From positions 62,001-126,000 of the forward strand of contig JAHDYR010000036.1 in NCBI GenBank assembly GCA_019828565.1: a stretch of 64,000 nt of DNA, in the 5' to 3' direction. A program made the translations under genes and the position numbers. Below the pieces are notes generated by a model. That model saw only the letters and a program-made list of their open reading frames with translations. It was not told the origin of the DNA and made no database searches. The first letter of the stretch is position 1. The number at the start of each line of letters is the position of its first letter. Of this stretch, positions 32,665 through 44,044 are shown piece after piece. The stretch comes from Carpediemonas membranifera BICM (taxonomy: Eukaryota > Protista > Fornicata).

Positions 32665-33993
32665 ATGACGGCGCTGCTTGATGTCCTTCCAACCGTTGTA
32701 TACAATTCAGTGAAGGCTGCGATACCGGTCTTCATCCTTATTGGCCTTGGCTTCTTCTTTGGCAAGTCAGGTCGAATGGGCTCCCAGCATGTCGCTATAC
32801 TAAACCAGTATACGTTCAAGGTGGCTGTGGCGGTGATAGGGTTCGCAAACATTGTCCAGTCCGAGCCGTTTTCCTGGGGCGACGTTCTCTTCATTCTCTG
32901 TGCCGCCAGTATGACCATTTTCCACCTGTTCAACGCGTTAATCGTCACCCTACTCCAGCCCAAGCGTGATCGCTGCCCCCGCTTCTACGCCCAGACCGTG
33001 ATGATGTTCTGCTGGCCCAACTCTATCATTGTTGGCGTTCCCGTTCTTTCGGCCGTCTACTCCACATCCGTCGCTGAGCACTACCCCATTTTATACGTCA
33101 TTAGCAACATGATGTTCAGCGTGCCACTGTTCCAGACCCTTCAGACCGCATCAGCTGCCACTGAACGGTATCTTGCCAACCGGAAGGCTCTCAAGACCGT
33201 CGACCATCCAGATCTTGAGGCGGATATACCGTCTGACAACCCCGAGGACATCCCAGAGGATCAGAGCCCTGAGCTGACCCAGGACGAAGAGGCTGAGCCC
33301 CCAGTGTCCACCCTCGGGCTGCCAGGGGCAGGCCTCTACCCGACTATGCCGACTGTGCCGGAGACACAGAACGCTATTGTCACGTCTATTCCGCAGTCTA
33401 CCGTGGATTCGACAGCGGGCGACCTCACAGAGGATCTAGCAGAGGTCTCGGTCGCCGACGACGACGCCCAGATGAAGGAAGGGAGCAAGCGGCCTCTGTG
33501 GGCTAGCGTCGCCATTTCCTTGGCTAAGTTCGTCTGGAACACGTATCTTACGAACCCCTTCATCATTTTGATGGCTGCTGGTATCCTGTGGAAGTTGACC
33601 GGTGTCGCCGTCCCGTATCCAATCTTGACTCCCGCCAAGTGGCTCGCGTCGTCATGCACCCCCGTTGGCCTCTTTACTCTCGGCGTCTTCATCGCCATCA
33701 ATCCGGCCAAGCCACGCATCCGCACTTCTTTGATCTTCCTATTGGGACGGCAGGCCATGACACCGTTGATGATGACCGGCATGGTGTTGCTCACCGGCAT
33801 GAAGGGCGAACGGGCGCTGGCTGCCATCGTTTGCAGCTCGATGCCTGTTGCATTGAGCTCGTTCACCTTCTCGAAGCACTACGAGAATCGGACCGAAAAT
33901 GTGCCACCCGTCATTGTTGGCTCTATCTTCTTTATGATCGTCGTGTTTTCAGTGATCTTTACTCTTCATGCCATAATCACGGGCGAGTCATGA
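32665..33993 (+). CDS. Auxin efflux carrier (AEC/Mem_trans) family transporter
   Basis: Two 5-TM halves separated by an acidic loop; motifs PVFILIGLG, WPNSIIVGVP, NPFII, PVGLFTLG and MPVA. Confidence 0.8.
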   Translation: MTALLDVLPTVVYNSVKAAIPVFILIGLGFFFGKSGRMGSQHVAILNQYTFKVAVAVIGFANIVQSEPFSWGDVLFILCAASMTIFHLFNALIVTLLQPKRDRCPRFYAQTVMMFCWPNSIIVGVPVLSAVYSTSVAEHYPILYVISNMMFSVPLFQTLQTASAATERYLANRKALKTVDHPDLEADIPSDNPEDIPEDQSPELTQDEEAEPPVSTLGLPGAGLYPTMPTVPETQNAIVTSIPQSTVDSTAGDLTEDLAEVSVADDDAQMKEGSKRPLWASVAISLAKFVWNTYLTNPFIILMAAGILWKLTGVAVPYPILTPAKWLASSCTPVGLFTLGVFIAINPAKPRIRTSLIFLLGRQAMTPLMMTGMVLLTGMKGERALAAIVCSSMPVALSSFTFSKHYENRTENVPPVIVGSIFFMIVVFSVIFTLHAIITGES

Positions 33994-34119
33994 TCTGCTC
34001 AATGATAAACTTGCGGCGTTGACTCAGAGAGATCAAGGCAAGTCAAGTCAAGTCAAACATACCACGAGTACTCATCATGAAGTACAAGCGAAGGTTAATT
34101 GTTAATACAGCCGGCCCAC

Positions 34120-35079
34120 TCATTTGACCGAGAGCACTGTTTCACCCCTGATCGAGACACTGAATACCACCTCGTACCGCGCCTTCACACCCACTAACAG
34201 CCCGAGCAGCCCAAACAGCACAGCCACGACGACCACGAGCTTGGTCTCGAAGGCGGCCTGCTCAATCATGGTGATCTGATTGCGGGCCGTGCTAATCTCG
34301 GATAGAATCATGCCCTTGTTCACCATGCGTCCCTCGACTGCGCTGAGTCGTGACTCGAGTGAAGTCAGGTCCCGGCCCAATGATGACACTCTGTCGATGA
34401 TCTCCGAATCTAACTCGACCAGGGGCTCCCTCGCGGACTTTTCAAGGGACCGTTCAGCGTCGTTCATGGGCGCCGACGCCAGTGTCTTTGGCCTAATGAG
34501 CGGGCTGTCGTTAAAGTGCGGCGACTCTGAGTCCTGTGTGTGTTCAATGACGGAGAGCGAGTCCGAGTCAGAGGGCAATGAGGCCTCGGAGTCAGGCAGG
34601 GCTGTCTGAGAGAGGGCGAGGTCGGACCTGGTCCTCTGGGGCGCGTCGCCCTTGTTGCCGACTGGGGTGAGAGTCGCGTCCATTGCCTGGGTCATGGAGT
34701 TCGACCGTGTCCGCTGGTGGCCCTTGGCTGGGGCTGGGGCGTCCAGCAGGGTGGGGCCGCGGGGCTGGGGCTGCGAGGAAGGCTCGGGCGCGTTCTGAGC
34801 TGGGCCCGTGGGTGTTGAGACCGCTGTCCTTGGTTCAGACGCGGGGTTCTTGGCGAAGTTGGCTGCGTAGCTCCTGAACGAACCGCTTTTCACCTGCTTG
34901 TAGTGCTCTTCCAGGGAGCGCTTGGTAGCCTCAGTCTGGCTGCTTGGATCTGTGTTTGTGTTTGCTGCATTTCGAGGATCGCTTGCTCCTATCATCGTCA
35001 GCTTCCCGCTGCTATCCATCATCATCAGGGGTTGTAGTTCCGACATACATGTGTTGTAGGACGAGTTAGCATCGCTCAT
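34120..35079 (-). CDS. Hypothetical protein with C-terminal coiled coil and TM segment
   Basis: 319-aa ORF with a low-complexity N-half, a heptad region and hydrophobic LVVVVAVLFGLLGLLVGV. Confidence 0.65.
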   Translation of the reverse strand: MSDANSSYNTCMSELQPLMMMDSSGKLTMIGASDPRNAANTNTDPSSQTEATKRSLEEHYKQVKSGSFRSYAANFAKNPASEPRTAVSTPTGPAQNAPEPSSQPQPRGPTLLDAPAPAKGHQRTRSNSMTQAMDATLTPVGNKGDAPQRTRSDLALSQTALPDSEASLPSDSDSLSVIEHTQDSESPHFNDSPLIRPKTLASAPMNDAERSLEKSAREPLVELDSEIIDRVSSLGRDLTSLESRLSAVEGRMVNKGMILSEISTARNQITMIEQAAFETKLVVVVAVLFGLLGLLVGVKARYEVVFSVSIRGETVLSVK

Positions 35080-35105
35080 TGTCCTTATCTATGTCTATTG
35101 TCTGT

Positions 35106-35141
35106 GGTTTAGGCGGTTAAGGCGGTTAAGGTGGTTTAGGT
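35106..35141. repeat. 4 x 9-bp tandem repeat GGTTWAGGY
   Basis: ggtttaggc ggttaaggc ggttaaggt ggtttaggt, about 27 bp upstream of the 35079 ATG. Confidence 0.7.
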
Positions 35142-35379
35142 GCGCTGCTGATTGGCTCGACTCTCTTTGGCGAGGCTGATTCATCGAGACGAGACCAAGG
35201 GTCAGGGTGATGGTTATAAAGATGGAATTGTGTGCTGCCGATCGCCCAGAGGCCCGCAATACCCAAGACCCTGTCTGTCCCGTCTAGATAAGCGATGCGC
35301 CTGGGACGATGGGATTAGGCCATTGACTTCTATGAACTGGGCAGGAAAAGGAAGGAAAGGTGATAAACCGATAGTGCAT

Positions 35380-37212
35380 TTACTCCTCCTGGTTGACGTT
35401 CTCCTCCTCCCGGCGGGCAATCTCCGGCTTCATGAGCGGGAAGAGCAGGACCTCTCTGATCGAGCACTGATCCATCAGGAACATCACAAGGCGGTCCACA
35501 CCGATGCCCCAGCCGGCAGTGGGAGGCAGGGCATACTCCAGGGAGTTGAGGAACGTCTGGTCGGCGTACATCGCCTCGTCGTCGCCTGCCGCCTTCTGGG
35601 CGGCCTGCTCCTCGAACCTGGTACGCTGGACAACGGGGTTGTTGAGCTCCGTGTATGCGTTGAGAAGCTCGTGCTGGCAGACGAGCAGCTCGAAGCGCTC
35701 CGTCTGGCCCGGCTTGGCGCGGTGGTACTTGGCCAGGGGCGACATGATCTCGGGGTGGTCGCAGAGGAAGACGGGGTCCCAGGCGTTGTTCTCGATGTAC
35801 TTCTCGGCCATCTTGTCCAGGAGGCGGGGGATCGTGTGAGGCTCCTCGCAGGGGATGTGGCGGGCCTTGCAGATCTCCACAAGGCGGAGGCGGCCGGCCT
35901 CCTCGGCATCAGAGTCGGCAAAGGCGAGGGAGGGAAGGGTGTTAGCCTCGCGAAGGGCCGCGATCTCGGCCTCGTTGGTGAGACCCTGCTCGGCGATGAG
36001 CGCGTCAACCTCAGCGAAGACGCCCTCCTGGATGCCGTCCATGAACGAGACGCGCTTGAACGGGCGCTTGAAGGAGATGGTCTTGCCGGTCTTGGCGTAC
36101 GGCCCATCCGCGGGGTGGTAGACGAACTCGGTCTTACCATGGATCATCAGCGCCATGCTCTCAAGGAGCTCCTCGGTGAGGGTGATGAGGTCGTTGTAGT
36201 CCGCGTAGGCCCAGTAGAACTCCAGGGTGGTGAACTCGGGGTTGTGGGTCAAGTCGGCGGACTCGTTACGGAACTGGCGGCCCATCTCGTAGACCTTCTC
36301 CATGCCGCCGACAACGAGCATCTTAAGGTAAAGCTCGGGCGCGATACGCATGAAGAGGTCGATGTCGTGGTGGTTGTGGTGGGTGACGAAGGGTCTCGCG
36401 GTGGCACCGCCGGGGATGGCGTTCATCATCGGGGTCTCGACCTCAAGGAAGCCGCGCTCGTCAAGGAACGTGCGGAGGGCAGAGACGATGCGGCTGCGGG
36501 CACGCATGGTGTCGCGGACCTTGGAGTTGACCATGAGGTCGAGGTAGCGCATGCGGTAGCGGGTCTCCTTGTCTGTAAACATCTCCTTGCCGACAACGTT
36601 CTGGGGCATCATCTGGAGGCAGGGGGCAAGGATGGTCATCTCCTTGACGTACACGGAGAGCTGGCCGTTCTTGGTGCGGCCAGCGTGGCCACGCATGCCG
36701 ACGATATCACCGCGGCGGACGGAGTCATGGAACGCCTTGAACGCGCCGGGGGTCTTGTTCTCCCAGTAGTTCTTCCACGCGAAGATCTGGATGCGGGAGA
36801 TGTCGATGACACCCTCGCCGTCAGGGTTGGGGAGGAGAGACGTCAGGGGAACGCCGGGTGTGGCATCCTTGCCGCCGTAGAAGTCGCCCTGAAGATCGTA
36901 GAAGTAGATGGCCTTGCCAGAAGAACGCTTGTTGACCACGCGGCCGGCAACCCAGAAGGTCTTGGCCTCGAAGATCTGGCCGTTGGGGATGACGATGTGG
37001 CCATTCTCAAGAACAGAGCACTCCTCAGCACCCTCAGCAGCAACATCGCCGCAAAGGAAGTTGATCTCGGGGACGGGAGTGAGATCTCTGGTTTCGCCTT
37101 CAACCTGAGGGGGGTACTTGTGGGGATAGGCCTCCACATTCTCAGCCATCATGCTCTTGACCTGGTTGATGCGGTTTTCGCGGTACTTGGAGGGATCAAG
37201 CTGCTCGGACAT
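35380..37212 (-). CDS. KARS: Lysyl-tRNA synthetase, class II
   Basis: [46 protein letters not shown] and [16 protein letters not shown]. Confidence 0.97.
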   Translation of the reverse strand: MSEQLDPSKYRENRINQVKSMMAENVEAYPHKYPPQVEGETRDLTPVPEINFLCGDVAAEGAEECSVLENGHIVIPNGQIFEAKTFWVAGRVVNKRSSGKAIYFYDLQGDFYGGKDATPGVPLTSLLPNPDGEGVIDISRIQIFAWKNYWENKTPGAFKAFHDSVRRGDIVGMRGHAGRTKNGQLSVYVKEMTILAPCLQMMPQNVVGKEMFTDKETRYRMRYLDLMVNSKVRDTMRARSRIVSALRTFLDERGFLEVETPMMNAIPGGATARPFVTHHNHHDIDLFMRIAPELYLKMLVVGGMEKVYEMGRQFRNESADLTHNPEFTTLEFYWAYADYNDLITLTEELLESMALMIHGKTEFVYHPADGPYAKTGKTISFKRPFKRVSFMDGIQEGVFAEVDALIAEQGLTNEAEIAALREANTLPSLAFADSDAEEAGRLRLVEICKARHIPCEEPHTIPRLLDKMAEKYIENNAWDPVFLCDHPEIMSPLAKYHRAKPGQTERFELLVCQHELLNAYTELNNPVVQRTRFEEQAAQKAAGDDEAMYADQTFLNSLEYALPPTAGWGIGVDRLVMFLMDQCSIREVLLFPLMKPEIARREEENVNQEE

Positions 37213-37595
37213 TTGCTAAGCACGTTCTCAGACGATCAGCATTATCCTGCGCCCCTTAAACTCTTCGCTTAATTTTTTTGATACGGACGAAATCGAGATT
37301 CTGCCTGTCTTTGAAACAAATAGAATCAGGAAAATGATTTTGAGCTCGTTATTAAACCAAATGAACACAGTTCTGACCTCTCCAGCACCCTGCAATGCTC
37401 GAACGGAAGACGGCCGTCTCACAATGTGGTTCGGCCTCTGATCGAGAAACATGGCTCCTAAGGAAGATTTCCAGGCAGTAAGAGCGCACGTGCTGTGTTA
37501 GTGCTCACAGTGAAAGCATGGTCCTCTTGATCCTTGGCACCTCGTTCACTGATTGTGTCAAATCTGGCAACACATCACAACATCGCCATAAATCA

Positions 37596-38492
37596 ATGAA
37601 TACGAGCTCTTCGGAGCTATCTATGCGAATAGATACTCAACGCACAATGAAATCGGTGAGGTTGTCGTCAAAAGACGATGAAGTTATCGATAGTGGCCGT
37701 TCAGTGTTTATTGCGCCGTCTCTCGCCCCTCCTTCACCTGCAGGGACTATACGTACCCATCACGCAGGATACCGGGGATCTAGGGCCATGTCACGTTATT
37801 CCACGCACCATCGGCATCACGAGTCTGCGCCCATGTGCAAGACGGACATCGAACTGCAACAGCTGCTCTTTGCCATCGCTAGAGACGTTATGGTGGACTA
37901 TATCACAGTAATATACCGTGACCGGGTCCGGAAAGCGACACAGCGCTGCTTGAACGCCCGTAACAAGAGCATCAACGACGCTCCCTCGCTGATTGCTGGC
38001 CACCACTACACGGAGATGGTCAGGGCAATTGTGTTGGATGAGGCGAAGCATGCCATTAGACGGGCTGCACTGGAGATCGTCAAACAACGCAGGGCTGACG
38101 CGGCTCGGGAGGACGGTGCTGGCGATGGCCCTACGGAGGCGTCATGGACGGCGAGTCCAGTCGTGCAAAATGATGATGATGATGATAGTGCACTTGAAGC
38201 ATTTATTAAGCCTATAGTTTACACTCAAGCGACAGACGCGGTGGCTGACGCTCTGCTGCTGTCGCTGGTCAGAGGCGTTGTCGAGAAGTCCATACAACAA
38301 CGTCTAGCCGCCAGTGACAGTCCAACACCCACCCTTCAGGAAGAGGGCATGCCTATGTCACCCGAAATTGAGTCAGACGACACTGTTATCGCCCCCGTTG
38401 AATCATTCAGCAATCTGCCTCGGACCCCGGCTATCTTGGGTGGGAAGAAAGTGAAGAAACGCCGATTTGGCCTCTTTGGACGGAAGAAATGA
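37596..38492 (+). CDS. Hypothetical protein with basic C-terminal tail
   Basis: Long ORF (frame open from 37518) ending KKVKKRRFGLFGRKK; no family recognised. Confidence 0.6.
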   Translation: MNTSSSELSMRIDTQRTMKSVRLSSKDDEVIDSGRSVFIAPSLAPPSPAGTIRTHHAGYRGSRAMSRYSTHHRHHESAPMCKTDIELQQLLFAIARDVMVDYITVIYRDRVRKATQRCLNARNKSINDAPSLIAGHHYTEMVRAIVLDEAKHAIRRAALEIVKQRRADAAREDGAGDGPTEASWTASPVVQNDDDDDSALEAFIKPIVYTQATDAVADALLLSLVRGVVEKSIQQRLAASDSPTPTLQEEGMPMSPEIESDDTVIAPVESFSNLPRTPAILGGKKVKKRRFGLFGRKK

Positions 38493-38614
38493 GTGGATAA
38501 GGCGATCATTTTATGATTTGATTTTAGCACCGGTACGGTGCATAAATCTTCGAGAGATATAGATACAGATAGATATAGATACAGTAATAGTGACAAACAC
38601 ATCACGGCAGCAGG

Positions 38615-41600
38615 CTACAGCTTGCTGGTGAAGTCATAAGTGTTGTCCAGCAGGAACCTGGCGATGACCTGATTCCTTCGAGCGTACTCCTCGGGGATCT
38701 GGTACAATAATGACCGTAAACTGCGCTCCTCCCTTACCAACCTGAGGAAGATGGACCGGTTGAGCCGACGAACGAGGGAGGCGGCGTTCAGAACAAGACC
38801 GGCTGAAATGACTAGAAGGGCAACGCGAAGGACTATGATTCGGATCCGGAGGGCATAGTAGACGTCCGCAGCCTTCTTTCCGATGACGTCGTCAAACGCA
38901 AGGTCAATATCCTTGAGTAATTCGAGACCAGAATTGCCGGTCCCGTTAAGAACTCCGCATTGGCTTGATAGATCAGGGTCGAGAAGGCCGAAAGCCGTCT
39001 TGAGTCGAGCTGCGTCTTGCAGCATGACAGCGGTGTTCGATGGGCGACCAAGCAGCGTTCTTGAGAGATACTGCAGGAAATAGTACATTCGAGGGCTATC
39101 ACATTCTAAGATTGGAATTGATCGCATCATTCGGTGAGACATCCTGTGCATCGACTGGGGCGCGGCAGCGCTAGTGGGGTAATGAATCGTATCATATGCA
39201 GAGGCCACAGCGTATCTGTGATCTTGTAAGATTTGGACCGTCTGTGTCATCTTTTGGAATGCATCGCGTGTTGTGATCCCGAACGATGCTATCACAAGAA
39301 GTATAACAACCCACACAAATAGCTGCCCTCCGACGGTCAGAACAAATCTCGTGATACTGTAAGTCAGCGTTGTACGAGCAACCTTCTGTCTGATTATGCG
39401 TGCCTTTCGAACGCTTGGCGGTGTTGCGACAGAAGGGAACAGAACTGCGATGGCAAGCCACAGCGCAGGTGCCAGCAGGGCCACGGATGCCGCCAACAGC
39501 TGGTGGGATCGGGCAGAGTCGAATTGTGACTGCGCAGTGGTCTCGAGACGGTCAGTGGCGATGGTGTACGCCGACATAAAGCTGTCCCAGGCCGCGTTGT
39601 ACCGAGATTGGCCCAGAGAATCGAACAGAGTGCCCCATGCCATGGACAGCTGAGTTTCAGATGGCCGGGCGAGGTCTGAAGCAGTGTCACTGTATGCTGC
39701 AGGCCGGTCGAACGTGGTGGCGGTGTGAACATAATCGGGCTCTGCAGTGTAGTTCCATACGACACCAGCGAACACGGGCATGGCTGCAGGGTCGACCCCG
39801 TGCGAACCCATGGCCATTCGCACGGCGATGGCGATCATATCCATGAGCGCCGACCAAGCTGAGCTCGATGAGGTGATGGCGGAGGCGATATCAGTGGATC
39901 CAAAGTCGATGAGTTCCGATTGGACCGTCGAGGGGAGGGCGGGAATTGATTCGTTGACAATCTTGCTGAAAGTCTGCTCCAGATGCTGTCCGATATCAAG
40001 ATCACCGGTCTGGATGAATCTATAGATCTGATCGAATATCTTGTAGCCATCTAGCATCACCATGGTCTTGAACTGCATCAGACCAACTCTAGCGTCAACA
40101 AGGGCCGGGAGCGTGTCGCTCGTTCCGTCCATGAGGGTTATCGTGAGCGCTATTGTCAGTACGGCCGCTGTCACAATAAACAGGATGGTGACAGATACAT
40201 AGCGGGCAAGGAGGGCGCCGTTGGAACGCACAACTGGCCACACTGTGGTGACAACCGCTGCAACCTTTTGGCGGAGGTCGGTCATTGAAACATCGGCTGA
40301 GTTCGTTGCCGTCAAGGAGAGGGCGGTGCGGTATGTCGCGTCGAAGTCTGTGTTGGCGAGGTTGCTATTGTCGGTGGCGGGGGCAAGCAGCTCATCCTCG
40401 AGGAACATGGCGTCGACAGTCTGATAGTCGAACAGCTGCCTCTTCCGCCTGTGGACTCTGATGCTCAGTATCATCGAGCCCACCATCATGACATAAACTG
40501 CACTCATAGCTATGAGAATGAAGATGAACGAGCTGACGAGGGCGTAGGAGGCGTACCTAGCCCGGCGGTCCCATTCCATCATGTCATCCCGGATCGCATC
40601 GGTGGCGTCCCGCCCTGCTTGGCGCAGGTTCGATAGAACGTCCTTCTTGGCGCTGATGTACTGGCTGCTCCCAAGCACACTTGTCGAGATCGCCCAGGCT
40701 TGGGTGTGACTGAGTGCGCTGTCCGAGGCTGTGTCGGCGTACCAACCGTCGGGTCTGTCCGCGGCGTAGAGGGCGTCCTGTTCTTCCCAGTCAGCTTCTG
40801 CGGAGTAGTTGTACTTAAAGTGCGTCTTGTCACAAACCAGTGACGCATCAATGTCACCAGTTGTGGTCATGAGATACCACACAATATTCTCGTATCGTAT
40901 CTGTCTCTTGGCCGCAGTGAGTGCTGTCGTCATCGGATCGACCTGCCGAGCAAAGACGTGCTCGAAGGAGCTTGCCTCCAAGGTGTCTAGAGCATCAGTG
41001 TGCTCTCTACTGGCAGCGACAGAAGGGTAATACATAAACTTCACGGTGCTCTTGGTCATGGTGTAGCAGGCGGTCACAATCTCACCCACCTCATTGTCGA
41101 TGACATTGATATCGGCGACGTGTGATGCTGCTTGGCTCCGGCTGGTTGAAATGACATCCATCGCCACAAGACCGGCGATGAAGACGGCTAGCGCTGCAAC
41201 GACTGTCGACACGACGAGAATCGTAAAGACATGAATGTGGGTATGCAGCACCCGTATCCGACGCTCGATCGATGAAATCTGAGTCTGTATATCTGCCATA
41301 TCTAGCTCGCTGGAGACGGTCCGCTCTGTTGCCAGCACTGGGAAGATCGAGGAGTGTCGAGTCTCGAAGTCATCCGAGTCGCGTGATTGAGCATCAGCGA
41401 ATCTGATAGCTCTTGTTCTTGTGACAGGCGTGGGAGCAGGTACGGTGACCTGGGTGGCGATGGCCATCTTCCGGGCAAGGGTGGAGGGTAAGTGGAGATA
41501 CATGTTGGCGGCTTCCTGTCTTGAACGTCGGACTGCTTTGAACGCTGGTATAACGACGAATATCACATAAATGAAAGCAGTACAGCAGATGCCGACGACA

Positions 41601-44044
41601 AGCTGGACAAGGACTGATCCAACTTGAGTCCACATGTCATCGACGGCCTCATCCATCTCAGCTGCCATCAAATCCACTCGGCTAGTTACGCCGCTGTACT
41701 TGAGATTGGCGAAGATATAGAGATAATCGGCCTCAGTGGCATTACCAATAGAAATCCTTGTTGCCGCATCGATGAAGCCAGCGGCCACATCAACCATTCG
41801 GGCCGGCGTCTCCATGATGAGGCCATCGTCGGTGGTGTTGGGGACGGCCTCGACCGTCGTTGAGGAAAACACCGCCCCATACGCAGGTGACATCAGGAGC
41901 AGAGGGGATGAAGCCAGGGCCGTGAATGTGTCGACGTCGGCGCTGAACTGGGCGATGAATGAATCCAGGGACTCTCGGATGGCGGCCGTGTCTGGGAAGT
42001 CCTTGCTGAAGGCAGCATTAGAGTTATCGGCCGCCAACTGGAGCATGCGTACCATCTTGTAAACACCCGCAGCCTTGGTCACCGCAGACATCGTCACGTA
42101 GCCAAGTTGGTAGAGACGTTCTTCACGGAAACTGAGCAGAGACAATACGGCGGCCAGCACGAGGAAGGAGCTGATCATGGGAACAAACGCTGCAAGCATG
42201 ACGTTCCTCGCCCTGACAATGGCTGTCCCAGCCCCGTGATGTGTGTGGGGGGTCTTCGACAGACGGTGAATCGTCCGTGCCCATCGCTTGGATGCCTTAA
42301 CCTGCTCATGATCGTGGGGGTCATTGATCGCCACACTGGTGATGGCAGTACTGCTGGCCGAGGGTGACTGGGCGGTCATAGATCTCAGCTCCCTGATGCG
42401 ACCGTCGATGCTGTCCGCGATGGCGGGCTGCATGAACACGTGTCGTATGAGTTGACTGTACAACGCTAGCAGCGTGATCTGATCGGGATTCCGTTTGAGG
42501 AGATCTGTGACCGCTGACTCGACTCTCATTGACAAAAAGGTGATCTTGTCGATAATAGATACGATATCATTGATATCGACTGACGGGCCCGCCAGTGTCA
42601 GCCAGAACAAGTGGACAAGACGTCGTGCCGAATCTATGTCGACCGTCGCCTGCCTCTCAGTTGCCCTGATGAGCACCTCTGTGTCTGCCTCCGCCGCCTC
42701 ACCGAGCACAGCGCTCAATGTCGCTCTGATTGCCCCGAACATGATGAGTTCGGCCGGGTCTACCCGTATTACACCCCGGACAGCGAGCTCCATACTACGC
42801 TGGGCCTCGGCCAATGCAGCTGTCGAGTCTGCTGCGACTGTGGCGTGGTAGAGGATTGAGACGAGTCGACCTGTGAGATCGTTGCTGTGGATGGCAGAAG
42901 TATGACCAAGGAAGAGCGACAGACGGTGAATGGTCTCCACTCTGGTCTCGCTAGTAGCTTTGCGGGTGAGGAATATATAATGTACTGTGCTTGAGAACAG
43001 TGCCAGTGCCGGCGTCTTGATGCTGACGCCCATGGTTGGCTTCAAGATAGATCCCGGGGTCCGCGTAGGGGGGCTGATCCTCGCTAGGACCGGGTTCAAT
43101 AGGTAGTTGTACCAGGCGATCGCAGCGACAACAAGGGTGCCGCATACCGCCAAGGATGGGATGCTGAGCAAGAGGACGGCCGGGCTGCGGGTGAAGGTCA
43201 GGAACACAACGCCGCATGCCGCAAACCGCCATATATCCAAGGTCCATGTTATCGGGTGCATATTATGGGGCACGACTGCATGGGCAGCTGCCGACCCAAG
43301 GGCGAATGCTGCGGCTGTCAGATGGAGAGCGACGACGGTGTAAGGGGCTGATGCGTGGCGGATAGCGGCTGATATGATGGCCAACAGGGCAGGGCCGGTT
43401 ATCTGCAGCACGTGCATCCTGGCCGAAGGAAATAACACGCCGAAGAAGGATCCCGGGAGCATGGGTGCGACGAAGGTTGACAGACTCACAAAGGACGCCG
43501 GGACAAGGGCGAGGACACCCGCCAGTGATGCAAGCGCGGCGATGGGGCGATTGGAATCGCTGCAATAGGATCCCGGGCACATTGAGATGCCGAAGAGCAG
43601 CTGCAACGCCGGGATCAGGAGCACGCGGGTGGAAACCTCGGTCAGGAAACAGAGCGTGTACCGTCGTAGTGACCGCATGAAGCCCATGTGGCCCAATACG
43701 AAGATCTCCAGGGGCAGGAGGACAAGGAGCGTCGTTAAACCAATCACGGAGGGCACAACGAGCAAGGCGAGGAGAATTGGGTTCGAGAAGGCGATGGAAA
43801 CAAGATCAGGGCCGTAGAACAGAGTGATTATCTGTATAGTTCTAATGGCGTACAGGAGCGTGTGGTATACATAGCGGAAACGGCCGAGGGATACTTCAAA
43901 AGAACGGTACAGCTGTACAAAGACTAGCAAGCTGTCTAATGTGCGGCTACCTGGCGAATAAGGGTATGTTAACTTGTTACGGGCAAATACCGAGGTTCCA
44001 TCGGGCTTCATGGAAACTGTCGCGATCTCCGAAAATGACTGCAT
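38615..44044 (-). CDS. Large multi-pass membrane protein, TmcB/TmcC (tiny macrocysts)-like
   Basis: N-terminal TM bundle, TmcB-type helical repeat ARRLVHLFWLTL...LLKRNPDQITLLALYSQLIRHV, then several TM-flanked luminal modules. First ATG at 44044; frame open to 44134. Confidence 0.65.
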   Translation of the reverse strand: MQSFSEIATVSMKPDGTSVFARNKLTYPYSPGSRTLDSLLVFVQLYRSFEVSLGRFRYVYHTLLYAIRTIQIITLFYGPDLVSIAFSNPILLALLVVPSVIGLTTLLVLLPLEIFVLGHMGFMRSLRRYTLCFLTEVSTRVLLIPALQLLFGISMCPGSYCSDSNRPIAALASLAGVLALVPASFVSLSTFVAPMLPGSFFGVLFPSARMHVLQITGPALLAIISAAIRHASAPYTVVALHLTAAAFALGSAAAHAVVPHNMHPITWTLDIWRFAACGVVFLTFTRSPAVLLLSIPSLAVCGTLVVAAIAWYNYLLNPVLARISPPTRTPGSILKPTMGVSIKTPALALFSSTVHYIFLTRKATSETRVETIHRLSLFLGHTSAIHSNDLTGRLVSILYHATVAADSTAALAEAQRSMELAVRGVIRVDPAELIMFGAIRATLSAVLGEAAEADTEVLIRATERQATVDIDSARRLVHLFWLTLAGPSVDINDIVSIIDKITFLSMRVESAVTDLLKRNPDQITLLALYSQLIRHVFMQPAIADSIDGRIRELRSMTAQSPSASSTAITSVAINDPHDHEQVKASKRWARTIHRLSKTPHTHHGAGTAIVRARNVMLAAFVPMISSFLVLAAVLSLLSFREERLYQLGYVTMSAVTKAAGVYKMVRMLQLAADNSNAAFSKDFPDTAAIRESLDSFIAQFSADVDTFTALASSPLLLMSPAYGAVFSSTTVEAVPNTTDDGLIMETPARMVDVAAGFIDAATRISIGNATEADYLYIFANLKYSGVTSRVDLMAAEMDEAVDDMWTQVGSVLVQLVVGICCTAFIYVIFVVIPAFKAVRRSRQEAANMYLHLPSTLARKMAIATQVTVPAPTPVTRTRAIRFADAQSRDSDDFETRHSSIFPVLATERTVSSELDMADIQTQISSIERRIRVLHTHIHVFTILVVSTVVAALAVFIAGLVAMDVISTSRSQAASHVADINVIDNEVGEIVTACYTMTKSTVKFMYYPSVAASREHTDALDTLEASSFEHVFARQVDPMTTALTAAKRQIRYENIVWYLMTTTGDIDASLVCDKTHFKYNYSAEADWEEQDALYAADRPDGWYADTASDSALSHTQAWAISTSVLGSSQYISAKKDVLSNLRQAGRDATDAIRDDMMEWDRRARYASYALVSSFIFILIAMSAVYVMMVGSMILSIRVHRRKRQLFDYQTVDAMFLEDELLAPATDNSNLANTDFDATYRTALSLTATNSADVSMTDLRQKVAAVVTTVWPVVRSNGALLARYVSVTILFIVTAAVLTIALTITLMDGTSDTLPALVDARVGLMQFKTMVMLDGYKIFDQIYRFIQTGDLDIGQHLEQTFSKIVNESIPALPSTVQSELIDFGSTDIASAITSSSSAWSALMDMIAIAVRMAMGSHGVDPAAMPVFAGVVWNYTAEPDYVHTATTFDRPAAYSDTASDLARPSETQLSMAWGTLFDSLGQSRYNAAWDSFMSAYTIATDRLETTAQSQFDSARSHQLLAASVALLAPALWLAIAVLFPSVATPPSVRKARIIRQKVARTTLTYSITRFVLTVGGQLFVWVVILLVIASFGITTRDAFQKMTQTVQILQDHRYAVASAYDTIHYPTSAAAPQSMHRMSHRMMRSIPILECDSPRMYYFLQYLSRTLLGRPSNTAVMLQDAARLKTAFGLLDPDLSSQCGVLNGTGNSGLELLKDIDLAFDDVIGKKAADVYYALRIRIIVLRVALLVISAGLVLNAASLVRRLNRSIFLRLVREERSLRSLLYQIPEEYARRNQVIARFLLDNTYDFTSKL

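Noticed and set aside
35152-37272. 706-aa plus-strand ORF
   Set aside because: Antisense shadow of LysRS caused by strong codon bias; non-ATG start and no motifs.
38555-38586. GATA/TAGA microsatellite between convergent genes
   Set aside because: Short simple repeat with no evidence of function.
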